Below are positions 15,701 through 37,370 of a stretch of DNA of 64,000 nucleotides, in pieces. Location of the stretch: assembly GCA_050613775.1 (NCBI GenBank), contig JBODTK010000123.1, positions 124,001-188,000 of the forward strand. The letters are read 5' to 3'. This stretch comes from Neocallimastix sp. 'constans'. Taxonomy: Eukaryota. Under the pieces are notes generated by a model. That model searched no databases, was not told the origin of the DNA, and saw only the letters and a program-made list of their open reading frames with translations. The first letter of the stretch is position 1; every line of letters starts with the position of its first letter. Both the position numbers and the translations under genes were made by a program.

Positions 15701-16334
15701 TTTTAATTTTCAATTTGTTCAATTTTAATAAAAAAATATTTATTATATATTATATGATATATAAAAATATATATTAAAGATTATAATAAATATCAATATG
15801 ATATACAAAAATATATTATTAAAGATTATAATAAATATTATTAAAAACAATTAACATTTATTATTTTGATTTATATATATTAAAATATATATATGTAAAA
15901 AAAAAAAAATATAAAAAATAAAAATAAAAATAAAATAAAATAAAATATATATATTTATATATTTATTAATTTTTAATTCTCTCTATAATATTAAATGAAG
16001 AATTATATATAAATAATATGTATTATATATTAAACAAACAAAAAAAAAATAATAAAATATAAAAAAAAAAAATCTATTTATATATATAAATATATAAATA
16101 ATATATCTAAATAAAAAATTAAAACAATATTCTTACAGAATTCAAAGAATTTTTAATTTTCCTTGGTTTTGTTGATGTGTTATTAATATTTGATTTTATG
16201 TCATTCTTTAGTGTTTCACGTGAATATTCGTATTCAGGTTTTTCTTTTGAAATATTTTTGGTTGTAGATATTGTGTGAAAATTATGTTTCTTTGTTTTCT
16301 TTGGTTCATTTTCTTGAATTGTTTCAACTTCCAT
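12785..16334 (-). CDS. Hypothetical protein: long N/S-rich disordered region with a C-terminal acidic WDxDF motif and helical domain
   Basis: Exons 16334-16137, 15560-13376 and 13212-12785 join in frame via GT..AG. The C-terminus reads ETWDEDFDGDFSIPDTVVNSQKVLKQEIISFKSFAVNIEDIKNIY...YEVLIDLAEQDE. Confidence 0.75.
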
Positions 16335-16513
16335 CTTTATTTATGTATTATTATTCAATTATTAAAAACTTATATATATTTATAAAAAATTTTTTTTAAT
16401 TGTTTAATAATAATATAATTAAGACCTATCTAATGATTTTGAATTTAATATTGTATTATTCTTAATAAATATAAAGAAAAAAAATATATTTTTATGATTA
16501 ATCTGATAAACGT

Positions 16514-16551
<38 letters not shown>

Positions 16552-17517
16552 TTTATATATATATATATATATTTAGAAAAGAAAGAAATAGAAGAATAGA
16601 ACACTTTATGTAATATTTAAATATTATTCTATTACTTTCCCTTTCCTTCTTTTATTAAAGTTTTTATTTTATATGTATGTTTTTTTTTTTTTTTTTTTTT
16701 TTTGTTTTTTCGTTTTTTTCTAATAAAAGTTTGGATTTTATTATTATTCGGTTATTATTTATATTAATAATTGTTAAATAATTGCAATAATAATATTTTA
16801 ATATAGATAGTTATTATTCTTTATTACGACTATTGTAATATTAATGATTATTTTTATTAATATTGTATTAATAATTTATTTCTTTTTTATATACATATAT
16901 AAATTACTGAAGGATATAAATATATGAATAGAAAAAAATAATAGAGGAACGAAAAATGAAACAAAGATAAAGTATAATAAAATAAAATAGAATAAATTTC
17001 ATTAAAAAAAATAATTCCAATATGTATATGACTTTTTGTCTTTGTTGAAAAATAACTGATTATGAAAAATATAGATATGGCAAGGAACAAAACTGTTAAT
17101 GAAACATTTATTTTTTTAATTTTTTTTTTATTATTATTATTATAATTTTATTTTATTTTATTTTATTATATTATATTTTATTATATTTTATTATATTTTT
17201 TTATTATTATTATTATTATTTTTATTTTGTGATTTTTTTATTTTAATAATTTATATTACTATGAATTTTCATATATATAATAATCCTTCCTTTATTGATT
17301 TTAATTAAATAAATATTTTTATCATGTATCAATATTATTATATATATATATATTGAGTCAAAAATAGTAATGAATTCCTGTTAAGGTAAATTATAATAAT
17401 GTTATTCATCTCAACTTTTTTTTTTTTTAAAATTGTTGTAGTAAGTTGTCCATATTAAACAAAACCGATTATAATAGTATTATAAATAATAATTATATAT
17501 ATATATATATATTAAAA

Positions 17518-17560
<43 letters not shown>

Positions 17561-17842
17561 ATAGTATTTATTTTTAATTTTTCAAGTACAAGTACATAAG
17601 AAAATTAAATATTAATTTTAATAATAATTTTTTTTCACAAATATTTTTTTAATAATAATATGTTAATAATAATATGTTATATTTATTTATAGTTTATATA
17701 ATAATTATAATGTAAAAAAAAAAAAAAAAAAAAAAATTCATTGCATTAGTATTTACTATTTAATCTTATTTATTAATATTATAGATTTAATAAAAATGAA
17801 TTAATTATAATTAAATAAAAAGATTAATTTTTGTCCATGTAA

Positions 17843-17946
<104 letters not shown>

Positions 17947-18350
17947 CAACTATATTCATAAAAGAAAAAAAAATTAACATGCATCATTAATATATTAATA
18001 TTTTAATTAATATTGATTTAATTATATGATTATATTCACACGTTCTTCAGTTAATCATAATAATATGTTTACAATTTCAAATTGATAAATTCTGTTATTT
18101 CATTGGATAGACTTTAAACTTATTTATAATTATAATAATTATTAAAAATGGAATTATATTCTTATAAATATTAAATACGAAACTTTAAATTATAATTTTT
18201 TTTTTTTTACATGTGAATTAAATTTATATTATTAAAAATTCAAAAATAATAATTATTATGGATAATAATTATAATGGATATAATAATAATATTATTATTA
18301 ATTATAATGGATAATAATATTAATAGCTAAATATTTACAATATAGAACAA

Positions 18351-18392
<42 letters not shown>

Positions 18393-20076
18393 AGTATATA
18401 TATCATAGTTTTATTAAAATTTACTATTAATACTTGATATTTTGTGGTATATTCTATAAAATGATTATGTAAAAATGTAGTAATGAATATTTGGGAAAAA
18501 AAAAATTATGTAATTATAAATCATACAGAGAATGAGCCATCCAATGATACAAAAAAGAAAATTTATTGAAATATTAACAATATTTACAATAATAAAAAAC
18601 AAAAAAAAAAAAAAAAAAAATAAAATTAAATAGAAATTATGATCACAATTTAAAAACAAGAAAGTTTACATATTAATATAATAAATAAAAATTCTTACTA
18701 AATATTTATAATTATTTATTTATTTGTCTTTTTAACTTTTTAATCATTTAAGAGAAAAAAAAAATTGTTTGTTAAGTTGTAATAGAATATAGAATATAAT
18801 ATGATTTTATATATATATATGTATATATATATATTATTTTTATTTTTTATTATATATAATTTAATTATACTAAATATAGTTTTTTTTTTTTTTTTTTTTA
18901 ATTATTTTTTTTTAAAAAAATAGAGAAAAAAAAATAAAAAATAAAAAATCAAATTTAATTTTAGATAAATTTTAATTTAATATATAATAATTTTAATAAT
19001 TTTAAAAGATTATATATTAAAGTTTCTTTTATATATATATATATATATTTTTGTTTTTTTGTTTTGTTTTTTTGTTTTGTTTTTTTTATTTATTTTATTG
19101 TGCTCGATAACTCTAATTAGTATTTACTGTTCTGATTAGTAATTTTATAAAAAAAATTAAAAAAAAAAAAAAAATTCTTTTATGATATATATATATATAA
19201 ATATATATTATTATATTTATTAATATAATATATTTATTTTTTTGATAAATAAAAGAATAAATCTATAAATATTTTAATAATTTATTATATATATTAAAAT
19301 TATACATTTAAATAATTACTAGTTATAATAAGACAAAATATAATTGTAAAATTTAAAAAAATTTAAATAATTAAAATAAACAAAGTTATAAGGATATGGG
19401 AGTAAAAAGTTTATGATATTTTATTTTTGAAAAATTCTTAATTAAATAAAATTATAATATATATATATATTGATTATTACTAGTAATTGATATTAAAAGA
19501 TAAACCAAAATTTAATATTTATGATAATAAGAAAAAAAAATTTTTTTTATATTTTATTTTGTTAATAATCTTAAATTTAAATTGATTCTTTTAATTACAA
19601 TGAATAATTAAACTTTTTTTTTTTTTTTATAAAATATATTATAGACATATTTTACATTTTAATTAAAAATTTTTTAATTATAAATTGATAATTAAATTGA
19701 TAATATATATATGTTATTATTATTATTCATATTTATTCTTAATGTTTTTTTTTTTTTCTTTCCTTTCAAAGCTTAAGTAAAAAATCATTTCATATTTATT
19801 GTAATAATCTTTTTTTTTTTTTTAATTATTCAGTTACTATATATTCAGTTTCTTATTTAATAATTATAGTATAATATATATATATATTTAATTTTTATTT
19901 TAATTTTTATTTTAATTAGCTTAAAAATAAAAAAAATAAAAAAAAAAAAAAAAAAAAAAAAATAGAAATGCATATATATATATATATTTAAAAAAAATTT
20001 TTGAATATAGATTTATATATATGTATATGTATATATATTTTTCTATATCTTCATTATTGAATTAAACTTGAAACGT

Positions 20077-20125
<49 letters not shown>

Positions 20126-20218
20126 AATATAATTGCAATTTTATTTATTAAATTTTTTAAATATTTATATATTTATATATATTAAGAATTTAACATTTTA
20201 CATATCTACGATTATAAT

Positions 20219-20265
<47 letters not shown>

Positions 20266-20719
20266 TTAAAGGAAAAATAGTAAAAATATATGTATATATA
20301 TGTTAATATATGACATTACAAAATAATAATAATAATAATAATAAATAATAAAGGAATAAAATATTTGAATAAAACAAAAAAAAAAAAAAATAAATAAATA
20401 AATAAATAAAAATAAGGTATAATTTTAAATATATATATACATTTAATTTTTATATAGTTAAAAATTAATTTAATCTATAAAGATTATATTTCATTTCATT
20501 ATTTATATTATATTATAATTATTTAAATAAAAATGGAAATATTAAAATAAAAATAAATCATAATAATAATAATAATAATAATAATATATATATATACATA
20601 AAATAATAATAATAATAATAATTATATTTTGAAGAAAAAATAAAATAAAATAAAATTTATATAATATTTAAAATTTATATATTTGTATAATATAGATATA
20701 GATATAGATATATTATTTT

Positions 20720-26903
<6,184 letters not shown>

Positions 26904-27571
26904 TATATATAATATTGTATTTTTTTTTTTTAAGGTATTATGATTTAAATTATGAAAATATATAATATTTAACTTTTTAATATAAAAATTGAATTAATTT
27001 AGTAAATATCAACTTTTTTCATTTATTACTTAATAATTATTTATAATCATTTATAAAATAATAAAAATTTCTTGTTAATAAAAAATAATTTAATATATAA
27101 TAAAAACTTTTCAAAAAGGTGATTTCTTTAAATTACAAAAAAAAACTTATTCTATTAAAATAATATTTTAAATACTAATTTTATTAATAATAATTTCTTA
27201 TTTTGATTTTAATTTAATATTTAATCTATTCCCTAAAATTTCACTATATCTTACTATTTAATAACAATAACAAAACAAAATAAATTTCATTAATTAATAA
27301 AATTAACAAATAATATGTTTTATTCTTTTAAAATAATAACAAAACAATTATATTGATTAATTAAATATAATGAATAAATCAATTATAATTGATTTGATTT
27401 ATGTTGTATATTAAATTTCAAATTTTATATAATAATTTCTATTAATTATAAATGAAATTTACAATTCATTTTTATATATATAAATTTAATCTAATTAATA
27501 GAATATTTATATTATTAATATTATTTTTTTTTTTTTTTGGTTAATTTTAATTTCTTTTTTATTATTATTTT

Positions 27572-27602
<31 letters not shown>

Positions 27603-29232
27603 TTTAAAATACTAAAATACACTTTTTATTCTAGTACAAACAATTTAATTTATAATAATTTCAAAATTTTAAAATTTCCAATTTATTTAAAAATTACTAC
27701 TAATGGAAATTTTCTATTATTCATTATTTCCTTTTTATTTTATTGTATGCTTTACTATACTCAAATATAAATTTTATATAAATATATATATATTTTTTAT
27801 TATTTATATATAAAATAATTTCTTTTAATTTTAAAATCTTATAGTAAAATTTTTCATTTTATATAAAAAATATATATATATTTATAAAATTCTATATTAT
27901 CATTTTAATGAATCAATTTTTATAATATTACAAATATCATAATTAATATTTTATTACTTTTATATTATACTGTTTATTTATGTAGATAACTTAGTAATAT
28001 TATAATAATTATTATAATTATATTATTTATTTATACGTTATTATAATACCTTATTAACATTATACTATATATAAAATAGTTTTAAGATTTTAAAATGTAA
28101 TTTAATTTAAATTTCAAATTTTTTTTATTATTATTTTTTCTCTTTCTTTCTTTCTTTTATTTTTATTTTTATTTTTATCTTTTATATTGTTTTATATTAA
28201 ATTCTTTTTATTTTTTCTCTTTATAAATTTGTATTGAAATTCAATTTCAAAATGTTTATTAATTAAATTTATATATATTGTTTTTATATTAAAAGGAAAT
28301 TTAAATTTCTTTTTTATTATTATAACTATTATTAAAATAATGAAAACATTAAAACAAAAATAACATATAATTGAATTGTATATTTATTAAAAATGATTTC
28401 AACCTACAAATATTATATAATTATATTTAAAAAGGCCCTTAAACTATTACAAATTAACACAAATTTCAGAAATAATATATATATATATTTCCTTTTAATG
28501 AGTAAATAAAAAAATAATAATAATAATAAAGAAAAGAAAATAAAAAAAATTAAGAAATAAATAATTTGAATATAATTATAATTATAATTATAATTGTTAT
28601 AAATAAAAATTAAAATAAAAAAATAATAAAAAAAATTTAATATAAATATATTTTATATATATTCGTATATATAATTTATATTAATTCTTATATTCATATA
28701 TATATTTTAATAATATTTTAATAATTATATTTATTATAGTATAAATATCCATTAATATCAATTTAATATTAATTATATTCCATTAAATTAAAATGTATTT
28801 AATATATACAATAATTGTGAATATATTAAATAGAGTATAGATAAATCATTTTATACAAAAAGTTTTCTTCAAATATATTAATGTACATTAATATGTATAT
28901 TATTATATATTGATAATATATTATTGATTAGCTTCTTTAATCAACATAAATAGTTATTTTTTTTTAAAAGTTAAAATATTAAAATTAGTTAATGATTTAA
29001 AAAAGAATATATGATAAAATTAAATAGTAATAAATGAAAGTAATTCTAATTTATTATTGTTGATATATATAATAATATAGTATGTAATATATTAGATAAT
29101 AATAAAAAAAATAGATATATATTTTATAATTAAAAGTCCTCTACTGTATTATTTATTTATTTATATATAATTATTCATTATAATATATTTATTTAATTAA
29201 TGTTTTATTTATTTATTTATTTATTTATCTAT

Positions 29233-29267
<35 letters not shown>

Positions 29268-29324
29268 TTATAATTATTATAATTATTTTAAATTTTGATA
29301 TTGTTTAATAAAAAGATATTAAGT

Positions 29325-29367
<43 letters not shown>

Positions 29368-32300
29368 GATATTAATATAATAGGATGGCAAATCTTATTG
29401 AAAAACAACGTAAATTCTAAAGAAATTAATTAAAACAGTCACCATCATTACTAGAATAATATTTTTTAGTATGGTTAAACAAGTCTTAAATAATAATAAT
29501 ATAATAATAATAATAATTATATTATAAATATATAAATATTATTCAAAACGTTATATTATTTTGTTTGTATAAAATCTTAAATTAAGACTAAAATTATTGT
29601 TACAAAAAAAAAAAATTATAACATAATGTTATAATCAAAAAATAAATGAAAGTTAGAATTTTTACTTTAAATTAAAAATATAATTTATAGGTTTAATTCA
29701 TATAAAAGTATTAAGAATATATATATCATTTTTTCCTTCTCTTCTTATCATAATAAATATTATTAATAAATATTAAAGATAATTTCTTTTTTTACATATA
29801 TATATATATATAGTTTTATTTTATTTTATTAAATGCTTAAATATTCATATTACTTTACTATTTATTTTATATTTTATTTATATTTTTATATTTTTATAAA
29901 TACTTCACTCCACTCACCATTTTATTTTATTTTTATTTTATTATTTTATTATTTATTTTATTATTTTTTTTTTTTTTTTTTTTTAATTTATTTATATAAT
30001 TTACCCCGCAATGACTTTTAACATGGATTAATGTTTTAAAAGTCATTTCAACACCAATTAACATATGAATAATTATTTATTTTAAATCTTAAACAGATGT
30101 AGTTCCTTTTATTATTATTAAATACAATACTATATATTATTTATATTATTTATATAAATTTATATAAATTCATAGGTTAATATAATAAATTTAAATTTTT
30201 ATTCATTCATATATAATTATGAATTTATTTATATTTTTATTTATTTATTTTATTTATTTATAACTAATAAATAATGTAAAAACCAATAAAATAATTAAAG
30301 TACTATCTAATGAAATTTACGAATTAACTAAATGGTTATATTCAATTACTTTATAAAAAAATATGACCATACTGAAAAAATAAATAAATAAATAAAATAT
30401 ATAAAAATTTATTTATTAATTGAATAAAAATTATTAAATTTAAAATAAATAAATCTATTATTAATTATGAAATTTCAATTCTAAAATTATATATATGAAA
30501 TTCATTTGGAATTTTAATCTGAAATTCATTTGGCTATCAGTAATTTCTTTCTTTTATTATTATCATCATTATTACAAAAGCAATTCAATATTATTTTTTC
30601 TTTCCTTTTCTACGATTTTATAAAATATAGAATTTGTTAATTCCATATACTCATTATATTTAATAATTAAAATAAAAAAATTAATAATAATTAATTGCAA
30701 ATATTGAAATCATTTGAAATCTACATCTTATCATTTAATATAAAAAATATATATTGAATATTATTTTTTAATTATTTTAATTTCTTCAACACAAATGAAA
30801 ATGTTTTAATATTTTCAATAATAATTTAATGTAATTTCATTAATTTTCAAATTTCGAATTATAAATTAATTAAAAATTTACGAAAAAAGTAGTAAAATTA
30901 GTAAAAAAAAAAAAAAAAAAAAAAAATAGTAATAATACTAATAATAATAATAATAAAATAATTACTATATTCTATAGAATGTTTTTATATGTAGAAATTA
31001 ATAATTCTTTCTTTTTTTTTTTATTTATATATTTATGCGAGAAATTGTTTATTTTTATATAATTAAAATATTAAAAATTAAAATAATAAAAGTTATAATT
31101 AAAAATAATTATTCACTGTAAAATATGTAAATTAATTCAAATAAAAAAAAAAAATGTATAACATATAATACGAAATACTCCTTTATTTTTTTTTTAAATG
31201 TTTATTTATTTTAAAATAAACAAAGATAAATTTTATATTTTGTAGTTATATAATTTTTATTATTATTACTAATCCTTAATATTAATTTTTTTTTAAATTT
31301 TTATCACTGTCTTCTTCGATAGATTAATTATCAATGCATTTTTAAATATTTAGAAATATGACAAAATCTATACTTCTTTCACTCAAACTTTTTTTACATA
31401 GATATTTAAATATTTTATATAATTATTCCTTTTTTTTTAAAAAAAAAAATAATAATAATAATGATAATAATAATAATAATAAAAAGAATAATAAAAAAAA
31501 GAATATTGTAGTAAAAAATAATGAATATTTATAAATAAAGACTTATTTAATTATCTACAAAACCACATTAATGACTAAACTTTATTTAGTTCACTAAAAA
31601 TACATTCTTTTACTTTTATTATAATTTTTATAATATATTATTACATAAAAAATCTTAGCATTGACTTTTGATATTCAACAAAATAAAAAAAATAAAACAA
31701 AAAAAAAATAAATAAAAAATAAATATATAGTTGTTATTCTACATTTATTAAAATATTATATATTTTATATTTTGGTATTATATGAATAATATTATACATA
31801 TTATTTTTTTTTAAAAAAAAGAAAAAATATTCAAATTTAATTAATTTAATAATATAATAATAATTAATCACCTTGATATATATTTATATATTTATTCATA
31901 TATTATTCATTTATTTGAATTATATTTATTTATTTTATTATTTTTATTTACTTATTTTCAATTAATTTATTTATTTATTTATTTTATTAATAATAATATC
32001 TTTAAATATAGATTTATACGTAAAAATAATTGAACATATTTAAATTTATTATTAAAATAAATTTTATATAAAAAAATGGTTTTATTTTTATCAAAAATTA
32101 ATAAATTCTTGTAAGAAATTATATATAAAGTACATATTTATTTTAATAGTTAATTATTAAATATAAAGTATATTAAAAAATAAGAATAAAGAGACATGCA
32201 ATTGTTTGTTTATAACTAAACTGAATAATACATTTGAATTATATCAGAGTTTAATAACAAAAATATAACATTTTATAAATAAAAAAAATTATAATATTAT

Positions 32301-32742
32301 TATTTAAAGTTTAAATAAATAAAACAAAAAAAAAAAAAAAAAAAAAAATTAAAGGAAAATAAAAAATGCAAAAAATAAAAAAAAGTAAATTTATTAAATT
32401 TAGATAAAATAAAATTTATTTAAAAAAAAAATAATAATAATAATTAATATTTTATATTATTATTCATATTTGATATCATTAATAAATTTATCATAACATA
32501 AAATTTTTGATAAGTGATATAATACCAAAAACATAGATATATCTCATAATACTGTAATTTATATATATTTATATTTGTATAAAAAAAATTTTATAATACC
32601 CTGATTAACGTTTTATCGAAATAAACATATAATCTCTAAGAAAAAAAAAAATAATAAATGAATGAATAAAATTAATAATTTAAAGAAATAATAATTATAA
32701 AAAAAATATATATATATATATATATATTATCTATATAATATA

Positions 32743-32845
32743 TATATAAATCAATGCTGTACTAATATACTTTAAAAAATAAAAAAATAAAAAAAAAATA
32801 CATCTATAAAGTATATAAATCAATACTGTACTAATATACCTTTAA
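32743..32845 (+). promoter_or_regulatory. Duplicated ~33-bp TATA-containing element upstream of the LysM gene
   Basis: TATATAAATCAATGCTGTACTAATATACTTTAA at 32743 and TATATAAATCAATACTGTACTAATATACCTTTAA at 32812, the second ending about 20 bp before the ATG. The regulatory role is inferred. Confidence 0.4.
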
Positions 32846-32865
32846 TAATAAAAAAAATTACTATA

Positions 32866-33313
32866 ATGAATAAATTCAATTTTTACTATTTATTTATAAT
32901 CATATTATTTTTATATACAATACAAAGTAAGGGATTTGTAGCCTGGTATAAAGCAAAGAATCTTGATTATCCAACAAAATGTAAAGTTGGTTATAATGTT
33001 GATAAAGGCGATACCTGTGAATCCATAGCATTAAAATTTAAAATAAGTTTAATCGATTTTAAACGTTTAAATAGTTTTCCATGTGAAGATTTATCAGGAT
33101 CAGATAAAGTTTGTATTGGAGGTTCATATGTCAAATGTCAAGATTGGAAATTAGTACTTGAAGGTACAACCTGTAAAGAATTTATGAAAGATAATAATAT
33201 GACGGAATTAGAATTTAAACGTCTAAATCCAAGGGTAAATTGTAATAATTTAATAACAGAACCATATTTATTCTTTTGTACTCTTGGAGATGTTATTGAA
33301 GTAAAATATACAA

Positions 33314-33318
<5 letters not shown>
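32866..33318 (+). CDS. Small secreted Cys-containing protein with two fungal-type LysM domains
   Basis: Single-exon 150-aa ORF with a hydrophobic signal peptide (MNKFNFYYLFIIILFLYTIQSKG). LysM1: CKVGYNVDKGDTCESIALKFKISLIDFKRLN..C..L....KVCI. LysM2: CQDWKLVLEGTTCKEFMKDNNMTELEFKRLNPRVNCNNL. Confidence 0.88.
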
Positions 33319-33366
<48 letters not shown>

Positions 33367-34616
33367 CATTAAATACATCAAATATATAAGACAAAAAAGC
33401 AAATTTTTGAAATATCAAATCCTAAACATAAATATTTAATATAAATAATATTATGGTATCAAAAAAAAAAAAAAAAAAAAAAAGTATATATTATACATAG
33501 ATTATTTAAGATAAAAGTTATATATATATATATATTTAACAAATCCAATAATAGAAAATTAATTTTTATCATGTCTTTTATTATAATAATATCATATGAG
33601 AAAGAAGACAAAATTATCACTAAATTATATATAATTTAAATAATTATTCCCAACTTAAAGTTTTTTTTTTTTTTTATTTTTCTTATTCTATATATATATA
33701 TAATATTATTCGGATAACGATATAATTATATTCATATTTTATTAAAATCATAATTATTTACACTAATCATGTTAAAAATAGAATTATAATCATTATTATT
33801 TATAGTCATTATATTTTATTTTATATATTTATATATTTATATATTTATATATATTTATTTACTATAATGAAATAAAACGAGTACTTATTTCATAAATCTT
33901 TATTTAATTATTTATTTATTTATTTAGTTTTATATATTAAATAATATTTATATATATTATTTAAATTTTAATATTATCTTTTTATCTTGTTTTTTAAACT
34001 GGAGTAAATATTAATAAATATTCATAATAATAATAATAATAATAATAATAATATATATATATATATATATAATAAAATAAAATAAAATTTGAAACTATTT
34101 AGACTTTTTTTTTTTTTTTTTTTTTTGCTATTTATGAAGTTGTATTTTAATTAATTTTTAAATTTATTACTATACTGTTTAAATTTATATATATATATAT
34201 ATTGTTTTTAAAAAGAACTTATAAATTATATAGAAAGTTTATATTTTATAATACTATTAATATTACTGAAATTTTTTAGTTAAGTAGTAATTTTTATTTT
34301 ATTAATATTTATTTACAAAAAAATAAAATATAAATTAAATAAAAAATAAGAAGATGTATCGTATCAATTTTTTTCCACTTTAATGTATACATTACTAATA
34401 ATAATTAATAATGTATTGTATTTAATAATCAATACATAGTAATTATAAAATAAAATAATAAAAAAACTACTTTTATTTTTATTTTTTTTTTAAAAAAAGA
34501 TAGGTTGGGAATTTTAAAAAATATTAGAAAAAATTAAAGCAATAATATTTCTTTTAATAATAAAAAGTAGAAATAATAATAAAATTAAAAAAAAAAAAAT
34601 AATAATAAATAAAAAA

Positions 34617-35457
34617 ATGAATTCTTTAATAAATATACCAACTAAAACAACAAAAAATATTTTAAAATCTTTTTCAAAAGTTTTAACCCATTCTTGTTAC
34701 AATTCTTTAAATTCATCTATAAATCAAATTTCTATAACAAAACAGTATTCCCTTAGAGGCCAACATAACTATTCATCAATTTCCAATTTATATCCTCATA
34801 ATTTAAAAACAATACAAACACAATTAAAATTTTATGGTACAAGTAGCAATCAAGACTCTTGTAATATTCAAAATGCTTGTTCTTCTGGAATAGAATCTAA
34901 TGATGATGGTAGTAAATCCACAGAATCTTCAAAAAAATTTAATAATTCTGAAACCCCCTTTGATATTCGTCATGAAGGTGCTTTAACACCAATGGAAAAA
35001 TTATTATTAAATAAATTAAAAGAAAATTTCGAACCAACTGCTATTATTAAAGTTAAAGATATTTCAGGTAAATAAAATTAATTCCTTTTTTTTTTAAAAA
35101 AAAAAAAAAAAAAAAAAATATTAACCAATATATTTCTTCTTTTCATTATTTTTTTTAAACATATTTTTTTTTATTATTATGTTATATATTATTTTAATAT
35201 TAAATTTATTTTCTTTTTTTAAAAAAAAAACAAAAAATCATTAAATATATATACAATACATAGATGGATGTGGTAGTTTATATATGGTTGATGTTACTTC
35301 AACAAAATTTGATAATTTAATGATGGTAAAACAACATAGAATTGTTATGGATATATTACAAGAAGAATTAAAAACATGGCATGGTATTCATATTGTAACA
35401 CACCCAGTACATAAAAGGAAAAGAAGAAGAAGAAATAATAAAAAAGATGAAGAATAA
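34617..35457 (+). CDS. BolA-family protein (BolA3-like) with an N-terminal organelle-targeting-like extension
   Basis: Exons 34617-35067 and 35264-35457 give ...EKLLLNKLKENFEPTAIIKVKDISDGCGSLYMVDVTSTKFDNLMMVKQHRIVMDILQEELKTWHGIHIVT, the BolA pattern (D-I-S-x-G-C-G, F...KQHR.V, HG). Confidence 0.88.
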
Positions 35458-35762
35458 TTTGTATAAATATTATTAATAATAATGAATAATATGTTATTAT
35501 TAAAAAAAATTTAACAATAATACAAAAAAAATAATAAAAATAATGAGAAAATTAATTTTTAAAAATTAATTATTTATATAATAATTAATAATTTTATATA
35601 TATATATGTAAATTATATATAAAAATATTGAATAATTAAAGCGTAATTTTCTACAACGAAATGAAATATAAAAAAAATTTTATTAAAAAATATAGTCTTT
35701 TCGAGAAAAAGAAGAATATTAATAATAAGTAAATAATGTTTAATAGATTTATATTTAAGCAA

Positions 35763-35796
<34 letters not shown>

Positions 35797-35930
35797 AAGA
35801 AAGAAAAGATATATTATTGCTAAAAAAATATTGTGTATTTTAAATGAAAATTTAATATTTTAGTATATATAATAAATATATATTCTATTAGTTGTTATTT
35901 TTGTTTTTATATTTGAATGATTAATTTTTC

Positions 35931-35964
<34 letters not shown>

Positions 35965-36140
35965 GCATTATTAATTACCATTGATATCTCATTAAATTAC
36001 AAATTACACAATTATATTAATCTAATCTTTTATATTAATAATGTTTAAATTAGTATTCATAATTTTTAACGTAATTTCTAACTATAATTAAAGAAGGAAA
36101 GATTAATAATATTAATTTATATATATATATATAAATAGTT

Positions 36141-36171
<31 letters not shown>

Positions 36172-36479
36172 CTTTGATTAAATTCTAATAAAATGGTTAA
36201 ATTTTAATGAATATCGTCTGTTAAAGATACATTAAAAGTATTTTATTAAAGCATGGTTATTTTTTTGTAGAAAGACTGACTCTCTTTGCATTTTTCTTTA
36301 TAAAAAAAAAATTCATTTGTAAAAAAGTAATATTATTTAAATTAATATATTTAGCTATAGAGCTCGTATATATATACGTATATATTTATATATAAAATAA
36401 CAATGAAAATGAATAAATAAAAAAGAAAAAAAGAAAAAAAAAAAAAAAGGTAAAAATTCCAATGATAAAGAAATGATTG

Positions 36480-36588
36480 AAAGACTTTTAAAAATATTGG
36501 TGAGTATTGAAAATAATATTTATGATATTGTAGAAAAGACTTTTAAAAATATTGGTGAGTATTGAAAAAAATATCTATGATATTGTAG
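36480..36588 (+). repeat. Tandem duplication of ~54 bp
   Basis: AAAGACTTTTAAAAATATTGGTGAGTATTGAAAA(T/A)AATAT(T/C)TATGATATTGTAG at 36480-36533 and 36535-36588. Confidence 0.85.
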
Positions 36589-37258
36589 CAAATCTTAATA
36601 TTATCTTCAAATGAAGATTGAAGATAATTATAGAGGATAATTTTTAAGTATAATTTATATATAGAATAAATAAAAAGAATTCTAATAATATTAATAATAA
36701 TAATAATAATAAAAAAAAAGGAATTTCAGTTAAAAAAAAAATTGGAGATAATTTAGAAATAATTTTATTATATATTTATTTAATTTTATATAATAATTAA
36801 ACTTTATAATTTTACAGGGTTAGGGTTATATTATAAGTTATTATTTATATATGCTTTTTTTTATATTATAGTATTTATTTATTTATTTATTTATAAATTT
36901 AATTAATTATTTATTTTAATTTAATAATTATAATTAAATTAAATTTACTTTAATGAGGTATTATATGAAATCTAAAGAAAATAAACATTATGCTGTCAAA
37001 TTAAATAATGTCTATTCAAACATGGATGAATTATCAAACTGTTATTGTTAAATATAGTAATTCTTTATAAATAAGTAAATTAAAAATTATAAAAATAAAT
37101 TATAAGAATAAATAAATAAATGTCTAAATATTTTTTTTTTTTTTTTTTTTTAAATAATAATATTCTAAGATTGTTAACAATAATAAATATGATTATTGAT
37201 GATGCTTTATGTATATGGAATAATATAAATTATAAAGTTAAAGGTTTTATCAAAATAT

Positions 37259-37303
<45 letters not shown>

Positions 37304-37336
37304 AAAAAAAAATTATATATAAAATATCAATTTAAA

Positions 37337-37370
<34 letters not shown>

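Noticed and set aside
17354..17360. TGAGTCA (AP-1/Gcn4-like site), plus a near match at ~2176-2183 upstream of TOR
   Set aside because: Single short motifs are expected by chance in 64 kb, and there is no conservation data.
36816..36828. AGGGTTAGGGTT telomere-like motif
   Set aside because: Only two units, too short to call an interstitial telomere.
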